DNA of 64,000 nucleotides from Lingula anatina. Taxonomy: Eukaryota; Animalia; Brachiopoda. A model generated the notes under the pieces. That model made no database searches. It was not told where the DNA came from and saw only the letters and a program-made list of their open reading frames with translations. Positions 53,101-64,000 of the stretch are shown in pieces (within the stretch, counting starts at the first letter, position 1; every line of letters starts with the position of its first letter). The DNA lies in assembly GCA_051362555.1 (NCBI GenBank), contig CM120642.1:3782001-3846000 (forward strand), in the 5' to 3' direction. The position numbers were made by a program, and so were the translations under genes.

Positions 53101-56100
53101 AAATGCTACGTGCAAAACAAATAAATGTATGTGTACCCTTACACATATGAAAATCACTTTTCAATCCAATTTTGTTTAGTGGCTATAAATTCATTGAAGT
53201 TTAAATTGGACCAGATTTGCTAATAAATCTAAGTGCCCATCTTCTGGGCCATCTCAGCCAATCAATAACCCTACTGAGACACTCGCCTCTGATAAAATGG
53301 CTTCCAAAACTCGATTATGATGAGCGGTGGAACCCCTGCCAATGTCAAAGCTCTGTGAATTCACCATCTCCATGTTCTAACTGATAGTGTGGCAATTGAT
53401 TGGAAACTTGAGCCTAATATTATTGTCCGAAAGGTGAAACCAGGTAAACTATGCCCCATAAACAAGGACAGCTTGTGCTTTTTTTCTCTACAATTTGTAA
53501 ACTGAATAATTATGGCTGGTTTTATGTATCACATCACAAAGAAATGTTCATAAAGGACTTTTTGTACAAGGAAAAAGACAAACAACATCAAAGTTATCGG
53601 CAGTAAACATGCAGTCCATACACATCAGTGAGGGATTCTGTTCACAGTATCATTTTAATTTTCATTACAGCCATTTTTTTTAGCAATCTCTAATTCTAAA
53701 AACCCTTCATACAATATTCTATCTCAGGGGAAGTACAGTATTTGGCCAAGTCACCAATTTTATGTATTTTTATTACCACGGAAATCAAGTTTATCATATT
53801 TATCATGAAAAAAAAAAATACTTGGCATGAAATTGTTTAAAGGAAGGAACTTGTACCAATTTAGTCACACATTAATCAAAATAAACAACATGAAAAGAAG
53901 TAAATGAGTGCACCTCTTTCATCCTCCATTATCGAAAAAAAAAAAAAAACAACAACAAAAGAAATGATATGAATTGTATCAAAATACTTAGACAAATAAT
54001 TGTTGCAATCATTGCTGTAAATTGTTCATATCAAAGCCTTTGTGCAACAAACTCAATATTGCAAGCATGGAAGACTGCCATTGTATTCCCATTAATCACA
54101 TAAAATGGCATAATCATTATCGATTAGTCATTAATACCATTATAATAATAATTATTGTTGTTATTATTCATTTCCCTCAGAAATCCCTGCCACTGATCAA
54201 TGTACTTTTCTTTGAAATTAAGCTCTGGTCCTGGGCATTTCTGAGTCCACACAAAGAAGATAAAACCTAATCAGATATATATTGAATTTCTTGAAACCTG
54301 ATAATCCATTTCATGTTTTTGAAAAAATATTGATAACTGATAGCAAAAATGCACTAGTGTATTCTTTGCATATCTAAACTCAACATTTGACCTGGTTTTT
54401 CTTACTCCTTTTTCAAGACAAAAAGAAATTGAAATGTATATCCATTTTAATTTGCTTTTATTTTGCTATACTTCATTTTTATTCACTGATAAAATTGGCA
54501 TCATTTTTTTTTAATTTTTCACAAGGCAACTGGGTCTCCAGAGACAACACAGTCGGCACAGTTTTTACAACATTACAAGCATGACTTCCTACAACAACAT
54601 AAAAATGTAATTATAAAGATAATTGCAACACTTGGCGAGGAAAGAGCAGCTGAGAAAATCCAGTTAGTTACATATCGGATGCCGTGCAAGGCATAACAAA
54701 AGGAAGTCCTTTAGTATCTCACCTGGGATGTACAGCTTCTGAGTCACGTTGACAGACAGATAATTGCATTTTTCAATTTTTCTCCTTTTTTCTTTTTTTT
54801 TCTTAGTTCTGTCCGAGAAAGTAACAGCCCTTTTCATTTAGCAGAAAACAGACTCTTTCTTCCCATCTTTGAAAACTGTGTTTATAACAACTGTTGAACT
54901 ACCAAAAGGTCTTTACAAAAAAGTTTTCTATATGTCTTATTTTTGCTTTCTACAAAAGCTTCTCATATTCAGGATAACATCATACAGTCTCTATAAATAA
55001 ACAATAGATCAGTAGCAATGACAGTAGCATCAAGTTCAATATTAACTGGGTTACTGTAGATTAATTTTGTTTATGGCGGCCCAGAGGGTTTGTAGCAAGA
55101 AAAGATGCATTCAGACAAGTTTTAAGTTACAACAGTCTAAATGACACCATACAGACCAAATTATACAGCAGAGACTAAAATGTTTGCATGACATTAGGTC
55201 TAAATGACAAAGCAATCCCACTTGATCTCCGGCATGCAAATCCCTGGTGAATTAATTCAGTTGTCTGCTTCCATGTAGAAACTGTTTTTAAGTTTGAAAC
55301 ACATCTAAATGCAGCTCAGTATACCATGAATTCCTAAAGCCACGGTGCTATTGATCATGAATAAATTGCATTTGGGGGACTCTACTGAGAAATCAGACAT
55401 TGGGTGACACGTAAACCCAGACTTCCCCCTTAATCTGGTTGCGTATTAAACTGCTGACATGGGTGAGAACCTATCAAATCTCTGCAATTAGGAGGAAAGA
55501 TTTACTCAAATAAAAAAGATACAGATTTTTGGGAGGCTTAAGGGCAGCAATGTCCGCAGTTTTATAAATATTTCCAGTTTCATGAAGGGTTTTACTTGGG
55601 ATTCCTCCTTAATAGCAAACATTGATCATGCAAAACTGAAATTAATTTTTCATTTGTCATTTACACTGCTTGTCTGTCTTATCTAAGATGACTTACATCA
55701 CAAATGTATTATTTAAAGAATTTAAGATAATTCCTTGAGTTAATACACAAAATGAGACATTCAGCAATCTTATGACTCATACCCTAAAAAGAGAATTTGA
55801 GCAAATACGAAAACACGAAAACATGAGCAAACAGACTGAGTGATAGCAGAGCCACAAATGCATCTCTTTTTGTAGGAAAAACAAACATGTCCTTTGCCTG
55901 GTTCCAAAGAGGTACTACTGATCAAAGAGGAGTATGTCAATTGCCTCCAGTTTATGTACATAGTGCACAAAACCTTATGGAGTAACAACAGCAAAACTCA
56001 GCAACAAAAACAAGCTTGAACATAAAAATTGCGTCTGGGGGTCCCTTTTTTGTGCGACTTAAACACCATGACCAGGGGGGAGGGTACCTTACTCTCGGTG

Positions 56101-59100
56101 GATTGTTCAAAATATGTCACCATGTCGTGGACGGTTGATCAAAGAGTTGGGAACATTAGTGAACATTCCATGACTTTTAAGCCACTGTTGTTCAACTTGT
56201 CCCATCTGATCTTCATTCAAGAAAAGATTTTATGTGATGGATGCGCCTCGGTTCTGCTTTCTGAACACAAGAGAAGAGATCACAATGTCATGGTACCCGC
56301 TGAAGAGATTCATATCAAAGTGTCTCTTCCCTTGCCCCCACATTCATCATGGAGATTTTTAATAGAAACTTTGGCCAGAATTCCCCCAAGCAAATCATCC
56401 AGGCACTTCAAAAGTCACTAGATTAAAATAATGATATATTTCATTCCAAGCACTTTGTGGTGAACTGTTTTCAAGCCAAATGATTGTCTTACTGCAAGTC
56501 CACGTCTTCTGGAAAAATACTACTTCATAAACACATTTTTTCAGACTGCGTATGTATGGTTTATAGCATTTTAGTGCTTTATATAAATCAAAGTTATTCT
56601 TTCTTTTAGATAATGCAATCTATTTTGCTGACATTCTGTCTCCCTAGTGAGCAGGAAAAAGCTAGTGAGAAGGCAAAAACAAATTTAAACGAAATCCATT
56701 TTTTTTAGCTCTTGGCTAAATTTTTACTGTGCGAATATAGAAGCCAAAATATAAATACGAAGAAAAATATGTTTTCTCTGCAGCAATACAAGTCAAGAAT
56801 TGCACACACACTTATTGCACACAGACAAACATTAAGGTATCATCAGCCTTCTCAGTACAATGGGCCAAGCCAAATTAAATGCTGGAATTTAATGACCAGT
56901 TCTTATTTTTTTCTTGAGGCAACTGTAGAGATGAAAGCGATAGTTTGCTGTCATCAAAGTTGATAAAGCATAGCCATGACAATCTGATGCCCTCTTGGAC
57001 AAAGGCTGGCTTTTCACTTAAACATCCCATAAGTAGCTTCCCCACTAACCCCAGGGCAGATCTGTGGCTCAACTACCTAATTTGCTGACCTTGGGTATTG
57101 GCACAGGTTAACTTCAGTAATGAAGGGTATGTCATTTTTTTCCACCAAAGTCAGCACACTTTGAGAGTGTTCCCATCATACAGCGCAGTATGTGGTCCTC
57201 TTTGAGGGACATCTTTGTTGAGTCTTTACCGGGTAAATGATGCATTCTTTCATCAGATATTTTATTCTCCTGTTTCACTTAGGCATTCAGAGCAGACATT
57301 TTGGAAGCTCCCTGTCAGACAAAACAGGCCTTTATTTGCAGTAAGGACCAGTCAATCAGTATTTAGTAAGGCAGGCTATTGTGCTAATCCTATCTGTTCT
57401 GTAGTACTCCTCTTCAAAGAACTTCCATCTCCCGTTACAAAATGAGCTTTTTACAAAGGTTAAAACTGATAGCTGAGGATCATGTGTGGGAGAAGGCTGG
57501 TCATGGGTGACTTCACAGTTTTCAGAACAGCACACAGATCTGTTTATCACTTTTCTCAGTACAGATCAAATGACACTTCTTTCTTTGGCTTTTTATGATG
57601 ATGTCTACTAGGCCTAACAAGAGAAGTTTTTTTTTAAAGAAAAACTTGACTGAAACTGTGGGAAAGGGCCGCAGAAGAATATACCACCCTTCCCCTGTAT
57701 TTTGTAATTCATCATCATCAACATTGTCTATAATAATTACACAGGTTAAGGCAAATTTCTTCTTGAAATAAATGACCCCATGGATCATTGACTTCTCAGA
57801 CTTATCAATCTCCATATTCTAAAGAGTGCCGCCACTCTCTTGACACATGTAATCAATCCACTATTATCTTATTACAACAATGATCTACCTTAACACAACA
57901 ACAGATGTACAAGAACTAAGCAGACTCATTAATACACAATTATTTCACAGTTCATGCAAAGAGCCATTTGTTTGGGAAAATTGCCATCTGATGTGAAGAT
58001 TTAGGTGCCCATTAAGCTGCTGACCAGTCGGATTAACTCAGCTGGACGTGGGTTACCTGGGAAGATGGACTATAGACGACCATGTAGTCACCTTTCTGAT
58101 ATTTATTCTGGCAGTTGTGGACAACAGATTATGACAGTTTTGAGGTGGTTGCACTGTTGTCCTACCTGCAGTCTCTGAGACTTTCTGTCTCCTGTTTCAC
58201 TTCCCCTATGACATATTGAGAATAACAAACTGGTGCTTCAGGTAAATGTATAAGAAATATCGGTCTGTAGAAATACTGCTTGTAGCTGTTTTCGATTTAA
58301 CATGCCATACTGATAAGGAAAACTGTAGTACCTGTATATCATTTCCCATTTTATGTTATTTATGTGAAATTTTTTTTCTTGAAAAGAAAATCCATTTTAC
58401 GCCATTACAAAAACAGACCTGTTTACATCCACTTTATGTTTTTTCTTGTCAAAAAATTCAATATACCAGCAGCAACAAGACATTTAAATGACAATCTGAA
58501 AATAAAAGATGGCATTGGTGCTCTACTGGTGTGGAAATGGGAAATGTCAAGGGGCCCAGTTTCCACATAAACCTTTTTATCTGCCTATTAATTCCCCACA
58601 AATTATGACCCCAGTGCAAGTGTAGGTGAAATAATAGGTAACCTTTCACTTGTCGCAATTACCAGCCCTTTATGAAGCAGATGTTTCACAAAGTCGGAAC
58701 ACATTTCCTTTTAGAAACTAGGGGCTTCAAAGACCAATGGGTGTAATTCTGCCATGAAATTGGCTCGGAAGGTATAATCTTGGCCCATTATGGAGAGATG
58801 GTTGCCCAGTCATACAAAGAATTATGGTTCCAGTGATTACCTCAATTGACTGCAGATAAAAAATACAGAGGACTTACAAATTTGTCAGACACTAGGGAAA
58901 AAAACTGTATTCAGCCCATATGTTCATTGCAAATTAATCTAATATTCACTTTTGTTTCATTAATTTATTACCTCATCAGATGGATAAATAAATCAGAAAA
59001 ATATATTGCATTAAACCTAGGCATAATCAGAAAAGCTTTGCATAATTCTGAATCAAACGGCACACACAGTTTTTATTTTAAAACATTAATTTGAAATATT

Positions 59101-62100
59101 TTCCCATTTCAAAGTTAAACTACCCCTAAAAAGACTCCTAGCATTGTTAAAATGCTTACTGTTCTGTAAGAGAAAAGATATCATGTGTCAAGTCTGGGAC
59201 AAGCAGCTGACATGCTGCTGATTACTTTGATGAGTTTCATACAAAATCATTGAACCAACTTAATTTCAAGAGGAGAAAAAAAACATAACCAGCTAGGACG
59301 GTGTTGAAAATACAGCAAGCATGATAAATGGGCAATTCAATGGGGAGGAAATTCTTCTCATTTTTACACTAATTAAAGTGGCAAAAGACTAGGGAATTTT
59401 TCTACCCTTTTTTCTCCCCTAATATTTGCAGCATGCCATGTACTGAAACAATGGCGTCTCACATACAAACTATTTTATGAAAAACATTCCTGTGGCCAAA
59501 CGGAAGCCCATTAATTTTTCTTCAACTTGTAAGTTTTTTTTTTTTTTTGAATCTGCTTTGTCTTTATAATGCCAACATGGGACACACTGGGACTAAGACT
59601 CCTGACCTTCATAATATGTGAATCAAAATCTCACCCCTGATCTAGAAAACCCATGCCATTTTTTGCATCAATCTAATCATTGTGAACCCCATTTTTAACA
59701 ATGCCTCAAAGCTTTGTATTTTAAGATCACATTCAATAGGCATGCACTAACAAACACCCAGGAAATATCATACATATCCTAACATACAGACATTTACACT
59801 ATATATTGTATCACTGGATAGAAAACAGACCACCATGATAATATACACCCACGGTGATGTCATAGTGGATGTAATGACAGGGCTATCACAGCAAGTTAGC
59901 CTCTATACTGACCAGCACCTGCTGCCTAAGATGACCACTGTGCATCACTGAAGGCAATATGATGCAACATGCTACTTAATACAAAATTACCATGAGCTGG
60001 GAAATTACAGACAGAAGCTGGGACTCAAAACATGGAGATGACCAATTTCTTTTGTTTTTTTTTTTCTCCATTTTCCTCCCAGCATTTTAGTCATTTATTG
60101 CTGAGAAATAAACAATTCTGGTTATTTCTGAAGTCTGAATCAGTTGTGCCTGGCACCACAAATACATAAAACTCGCTCCCTTTCCAATAAATAATATGAT
60201 TAATGAGATTCACTCTCCCTGCCTATCTATAAAACAGGTGTATGGGGATCACCTTATCTCCCCCTCCATCAATTACAACCTTTATCCATACCTCCTTCCA
60301 CTGTGCACGCCAGCTCACTGCCAGAAAAATTATTTCTAATCTACAAATAATGTAGTTAGGATTTTCAACTTACAGATGGCAAACAGGCTGCTGATACTAC
60401 AGAAAGAAAAAACTGCAGCTCACTCAGCAAAGAGGAATTATCCAGATGAAAATTCAACTCGGCAATATGCCATGAGATTTGAAAATTGTTTTGTCACCTG
60501 TTATGGGTTATCTTTAAGGTATCACTTGAAAGTCCAGATAAAAAAGATTTTTATCCTCTAGTATCCTGTGTAAGATATTCAGTAGAGTGGGCACCATTAT
60601 GAAAGGTGTAAGGTGCCTTGGTGCATAGGAGTGAAATACGTAACCTGGGCCAGCAGGAGAGAGAGGAAAAAAACTGGAAGAAAAAGAAAAAAAACTAACA
60701 AGGCGGATATTCATTACATGCAGAAAAAGCAAATTACCCTACCTATCTGGATGAGGGATTTTACCTGTATTTTTCCTTATCTTTCATGGACCTTATGTAC
60801 CTAAGGAAAGACCTCCATGATTTTTTTATCTTGGAATTAATGAAATTTATTATTTGCAGACTGATTCCGTCAGCGAGCTATCAGTACATTGCAGGTAGCT
60901 GAGAGGGTTAAAGCATGCCTGAGGTTGGGCAATCACTCTGTTATACAATCTCCACAGGATATTAGTTTCTATGCAGGAAGAAAGTGCATCTCCTTGATTT
61001 ACACAAAATGCCTTTCCAAATGCATTTTGCAATTCTCTAAATGAAAATGTTCTCATATTTTTACTTGCTTTAATTTTATGTGATATGATGCAGGTAAATT
61101 TTTTTTGGAAATACCAAAATCTTAAAAAGTTCAAAATCTTTAGAACTTGTTAAATATCTGGAACACAAATGATACCCAAGTGTTAAATTAGTATATTATC
61201 TTCCAATGATCAAGATACAAAATCCATATTCAAGTTCTTTGTTTTCTTAAGTCTTGTCTGATTCAGATAAAGGTGTTGGCCATTCAGTGGCCATGTGTAA
61301 TCTTCATACAGATTGGCACCTGTAACAAAGTGACCAGTCAGGAGATATCTACTGATCAAATTGTCATTCAACTCTCTTTTGCCAAACATTGTCCATCTTA
61401 TTATATGCTTTATCGGTGACAGAAACTGGCCATGAGAAAAATTAAAATCTCAGCTTCTCTGACATACAGAGAGTTCATGAAAGTTGAAAAGATTCAGATT
61501 TCTGTAACTTCAGGAAGATGAAACACTACGCGCTTTTACTGGAACTGAAAATAACTGTTTCTCCTGTGACTGCACGAATACATGGTAATGTTACTGAAAA
61601 AAGAAAAGAAAAAAAGCCACAAAAATGTATTGATGGACAATTCATGACTGGTGCATCACATGCAAAGGAGTCATCAAAAACCAAAGAAATTGGAAAATAG
61701 CCTTTCATACCATGATTTATGGTTATGCATTCCCATGTTCTTAATTTACCAGTATACCAACTGACAATTACCTCAGAAAAAGAAAAGAAAAGGCCAACTT
61801 CTTCAGTCTTTATGCCGTAACATCCCACATCCTTCTTGGACTATTAAACTAACAATAGGAGAAGACATAGTAAGAAAGGATATCATGCAATATTCCATTA
61901 GGATGCATTCAGCTTAGTTCCTACTTCAGTATCTGTGGGTGCATTTCCACTGACAACGGAAAAATGGGTTCCAAAGAGTTCTCACAGATATAACACCCAA
62001 CTGTCACCAGCTCAGCAGAAGTCTAACTTCAATTTTCAACTTTGTACCAGTTCTAAAGCTTGCAAGGTTTCTGAATGAAATTCACCTCTTTGTAGACATC

Positions 62101-63990
62101 TTCTTACATTATTTTTTATAAAACAATTCAGTTAAATGGGCTACCACTGGAGTGGTGACTACCAGTCATATTAATATGACAATCTGTGAGGTCACTTAAA
62201 ATATTTCAAAACGTATGCATGGACCTTTACTATTGGATTTATCATATGTTCTATAAAGCTTCTGATGTAGTCAAGCACATTAACCAGGACACATCAGCTT
62301 CCAGGTGAATAAGTTATCAGATCCAGAAACATAAAGCTTGAGTGTTAACATGACATCAGATCCAAGATTGGTTCTATTATTACATGCCAGCCAGCCTTAT
62401 CTGTGTTCAACACATAACATCTTTACCTTGTTACAATGTCATCTTTCTTCTGACAGGGTGACACCTAAGATAACCTGCAGTTTTAACTGCCATGGAAAAA
62501 TGGTTTACCTAAAAACACCCATCTCTTCTGTCGCCATTTTCAGAACCATAGAAATATTATGCAGAGAGAGGCTTATATATATTTCGTATTAAAAAAGCAA
62601 CCTAGACAAACATTTATCAACATTTTACTTTGGAGAGCCAATAAGGCTGACCAACAAGGAATTTTCTCTGCTGTTAATTTCTCTCACACTTCCTCAGAAT
62701 TACTTAGACAATTTGTGCAATTAGACAAAAAGTGCACAAGCTTAAGAGATATATTTTCTCCACTATCATCAATGATACACGCGCGGTGACCTGTATGGTA
62801 AAAAACTAATAATAGATTCTCATTTGGGCTTTGATATTGCTTTTAATGTGTTATTGATAATGTTGATGTCGCCATTGTAATGGTATGGGAAGATTCTGAC
62901 CATGACTTGGAGGCTCTTTATGGTTGATGTAAATCAGTCTTTGCCCAGACAGACTGACTAAAATGTTGCAATAATTAATTCTGTTTTCCTACAGACAGCT
63001 ATAAAACTTCCACTGTGTCACAACATCTGGTGCGACGGGGTCGGTAAGACACCACTCCGCGGTAAGCGTACTTGACACATGTGAATGTAACATACGGACA
63101 ATTTTTTTTCTAATTGAATCAAACTATGCTGAACCTACTGCGACAAGCTGTCCAATATTTAACATAATTGTACAATCATGACAGTAACGTGAGCCATGGT
63201 GGCAGTGACAGCACTGGTAGCATATTTCTTGATTATCAAAATACTGACACTGGTACTCATGAACACAACTATAAATCTTGATGATTTCATAATTACTATT
63301 ATATCATCAAATTGGCCAGCATGAGACACTAAATTAATCACTTTACCATTACTGACTTTCCTTTTTAATTAATTACATTAACAGATGAAAACCAAATCTG
63401 GAAATTTTATGAAAAAATTTTTCATAAACTTCTAATTTCAGAACTAGAAGAGAGGAGTGAAAATTGTTCTCCTAGAGCATTTTTTATGCCTATGTTAACA
63501 TCAAAGTAATCTATCATGTGTGGAGGCAAAGACAGTGTGGACATGGAGGAGGGATCCATCTACCACTAGCTAGACTCTGTTAATTAAACCCACCAAGAGA
63601 TCAATACTCTCTGTTAATGGATCTCTCAGAACCAACCAGTCAAGCAATTATTTCGCAAAAAAAGGGAGGTCTGGAATGTTACTTAAACTTTACTTATATT
63701 AGGTTTCCACCTACGCTAATTATCATCTCTGTGGTAATTTTGAGAATAACACTTCTGCTTCTTTTTTTCTTTCATTTTAAAATAGCATGTTTGAATGTTT
63801 GATCGGACTTCAACCCAAAGGAAGGATAGTGTTAATCAGAAAACTCATTTGCTAATGTACTTCGATGAGCAAAATTCGACTTACCTTGCAAATTTTGCAC
63901 CTACGCTCTCCTCTTCGAACGATGAGCTTGCTGTGACGGCAGAGTCTGGAATGGCACCCGACTGCATACCAAGAGGAACGCGGCAGTTTG
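30581..63990 (-). CDS. DDR: Discoidin domain-containing receptor tyrosine kinase (DDR1/DDR2 family), spliced, 5'-incomplete; 12 coding exons in window totalling 2753 nt
   Basis: Discoidin domain ([38 protein letters not shown]), DS-like domain, a transmembrane helix and a tyrosine kinase domain ([55 protein letters not shown]). All introns are GT-AG with matching phases. Confidence 0.97.
31286..31520 (-). CDS. DDR: DDR exon: catalytic and activation loops
   Basis: [78 protein letters not shown]; 235 nt, AG/GT flanks. Confidence 0.97.
31839..32036 (-). CDS. DDR: DDR exon: kinase alphaC helix and hinge
   Basis: [47 protein letters not shown]...; 198 nt. Confidence 0.96.
32533..32660 (-). CDS. 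DDR: DDR exon: VAVK motif (missing from the ORF track)
   Basis: [43 protein letters not shown]; 128 nt, phases fit both neighbours. Confidence 0.95.
33000..33283 (-). CDS. DDR: DDR exon: juxtamembrane tyrosine motifs and glycine-rich loop
   Basis: EYAVPD...FYATAD...GNNVYAAP...[20 protein letters not shown]; 284 nt. Confidence 0.95.
33531..33923 (-). CDS. DDR: DDR exon: transmembrane helix and proximal cytoplasmic region
   Basis: [25 protein letters not shown] followed by basic HTRRQKQR; 393 nt. Confidence 0.93.
34164..34328 (-). CDS. DDR: DDR exon: Ser/Thr/Gly-rich extracellular stalk
   Basis: [54 protein letters not shown]; 165 nt, symmetric phase 1-1. Confidence 0.8.
34571..35101 (-). 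CDS. DDR: DDR exon: discoidin-like (DS-like) domain
   Basis: [26 protein letters not shown]...GYEWVGW...[24 protein letters not shown]...[11 protein letters not shown]; 531 nt. Confidence 0.96.
38326..38346. repeat. Poly(A) run (intron)
   Basis: About A21. Confidence 0.9.
39456..39536. repeat. G-rich tract followed by (CA)n microsatellite (intron)
   Basis: gaggggatgagggggggggggagaggtggggagggggggg..., then (ca)~10. Confidence 0.85.
41106..41137. repeat. Compound (CA)n(TA)n microsatellite (intron)
   Basis: cacacacacacacacacacatatatatatata. Confidence 0.9.
43739..43886 (-). CDS. DDR: DDR exon: C-terminal part of discoidin domain
   Basis: [49 protein letters not shown]; 148 nt. Confidence 0.96.
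44484..44509. other. Perfect 26-bp palindrome in intron
   Basis: GTTAAAATCTCTT|AAGAGATTTTAAC. Confidence 0.9.
47219..47308 (-). CDS. DDR: DDR exon: discoidin domain
   Basis: [30 protein letters not shown]; 90 nt, phase 0-0. Confidence 0.93.
50219..50703. repeat. Near-identical 241-bp tandem duplication (intron)
   Basis: ttacttttacctaatcaaattcagc...ctgaaccagtaaaa starts at 50219 and again at 50460, with only a couple of substitutions. Confidence 0.95.
52184..52325 (-). CDS. DDR: DDR exon: discoidin domain (missing from the ORF track on this strand)
   Basis: [47 protein letters not shown]; 142 nt. Confidence 0.95.
63885..63990 (-). CDS. DDR: DDR exon: start of discoidin domain
   Basis: [35 protein letters not shown] then GTAAGT donor; 106 nt. 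The signal-peptide exon must lie upstream, outside the window. Confidence 0.94.
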
Positions 63991-64000
63991 CTGGAACAAA

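Noticed and set aside
63015-63078. GC-rich patch flanked by GTGTCA/TGACAC
   Set aside because: Only a 6-bp inverted repeat, with no splice-consistent exon or known RNA motif.
35102-63884. Nested genes or transposon ORFs in the large DDR introns
   Set aside because: All ORFs are under 135 aa with AT-biased composition and no reverse transcriptase, transposase or other domain motifs.

Overview
Eukaryotic (metazoan, probably invertebrate) genomic DNA with two parts. (1) Positions 1 to ~27660 are a homogenised head-to-tail tandem array of a ~1.4-kb CpG-rich monomer: 19 near-full monomers, two 645-bp partial units and a rearranged terminal fragment. The array continues past the left edge. The short ORFs repeated in it look spurious. 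By eye, each monomer carries two RNA polymerase III-type units on the minus strand. One is a ~96-nt A-box/B-box RNA with a terminal panhandle, i.e. vault-RNA-like architecture. The other is a ~206-nt RNA with an upstream TATA, A-box, perfect B-box, tRNA-like 5' domain, a long 5'/3' terminal stem and a TTTT terminator. Neither is a canonical tRNA, 5S or snRNA that I recognise, so this may be an amplified cluster of undescribed Pol III RNAs. (2) Positions ~27920-64000 hold a minus-strand discoidin domain receptor tyrosine kinase gene (DDR family). Twelve coding exons with GT-AG boundaries and consistent phases were traced. The 5' exon(s) lie beyond the window, and the likely poly(A) site is ~260 bp from the array edge. 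All structure and similarity calls were made by hand, without computation.
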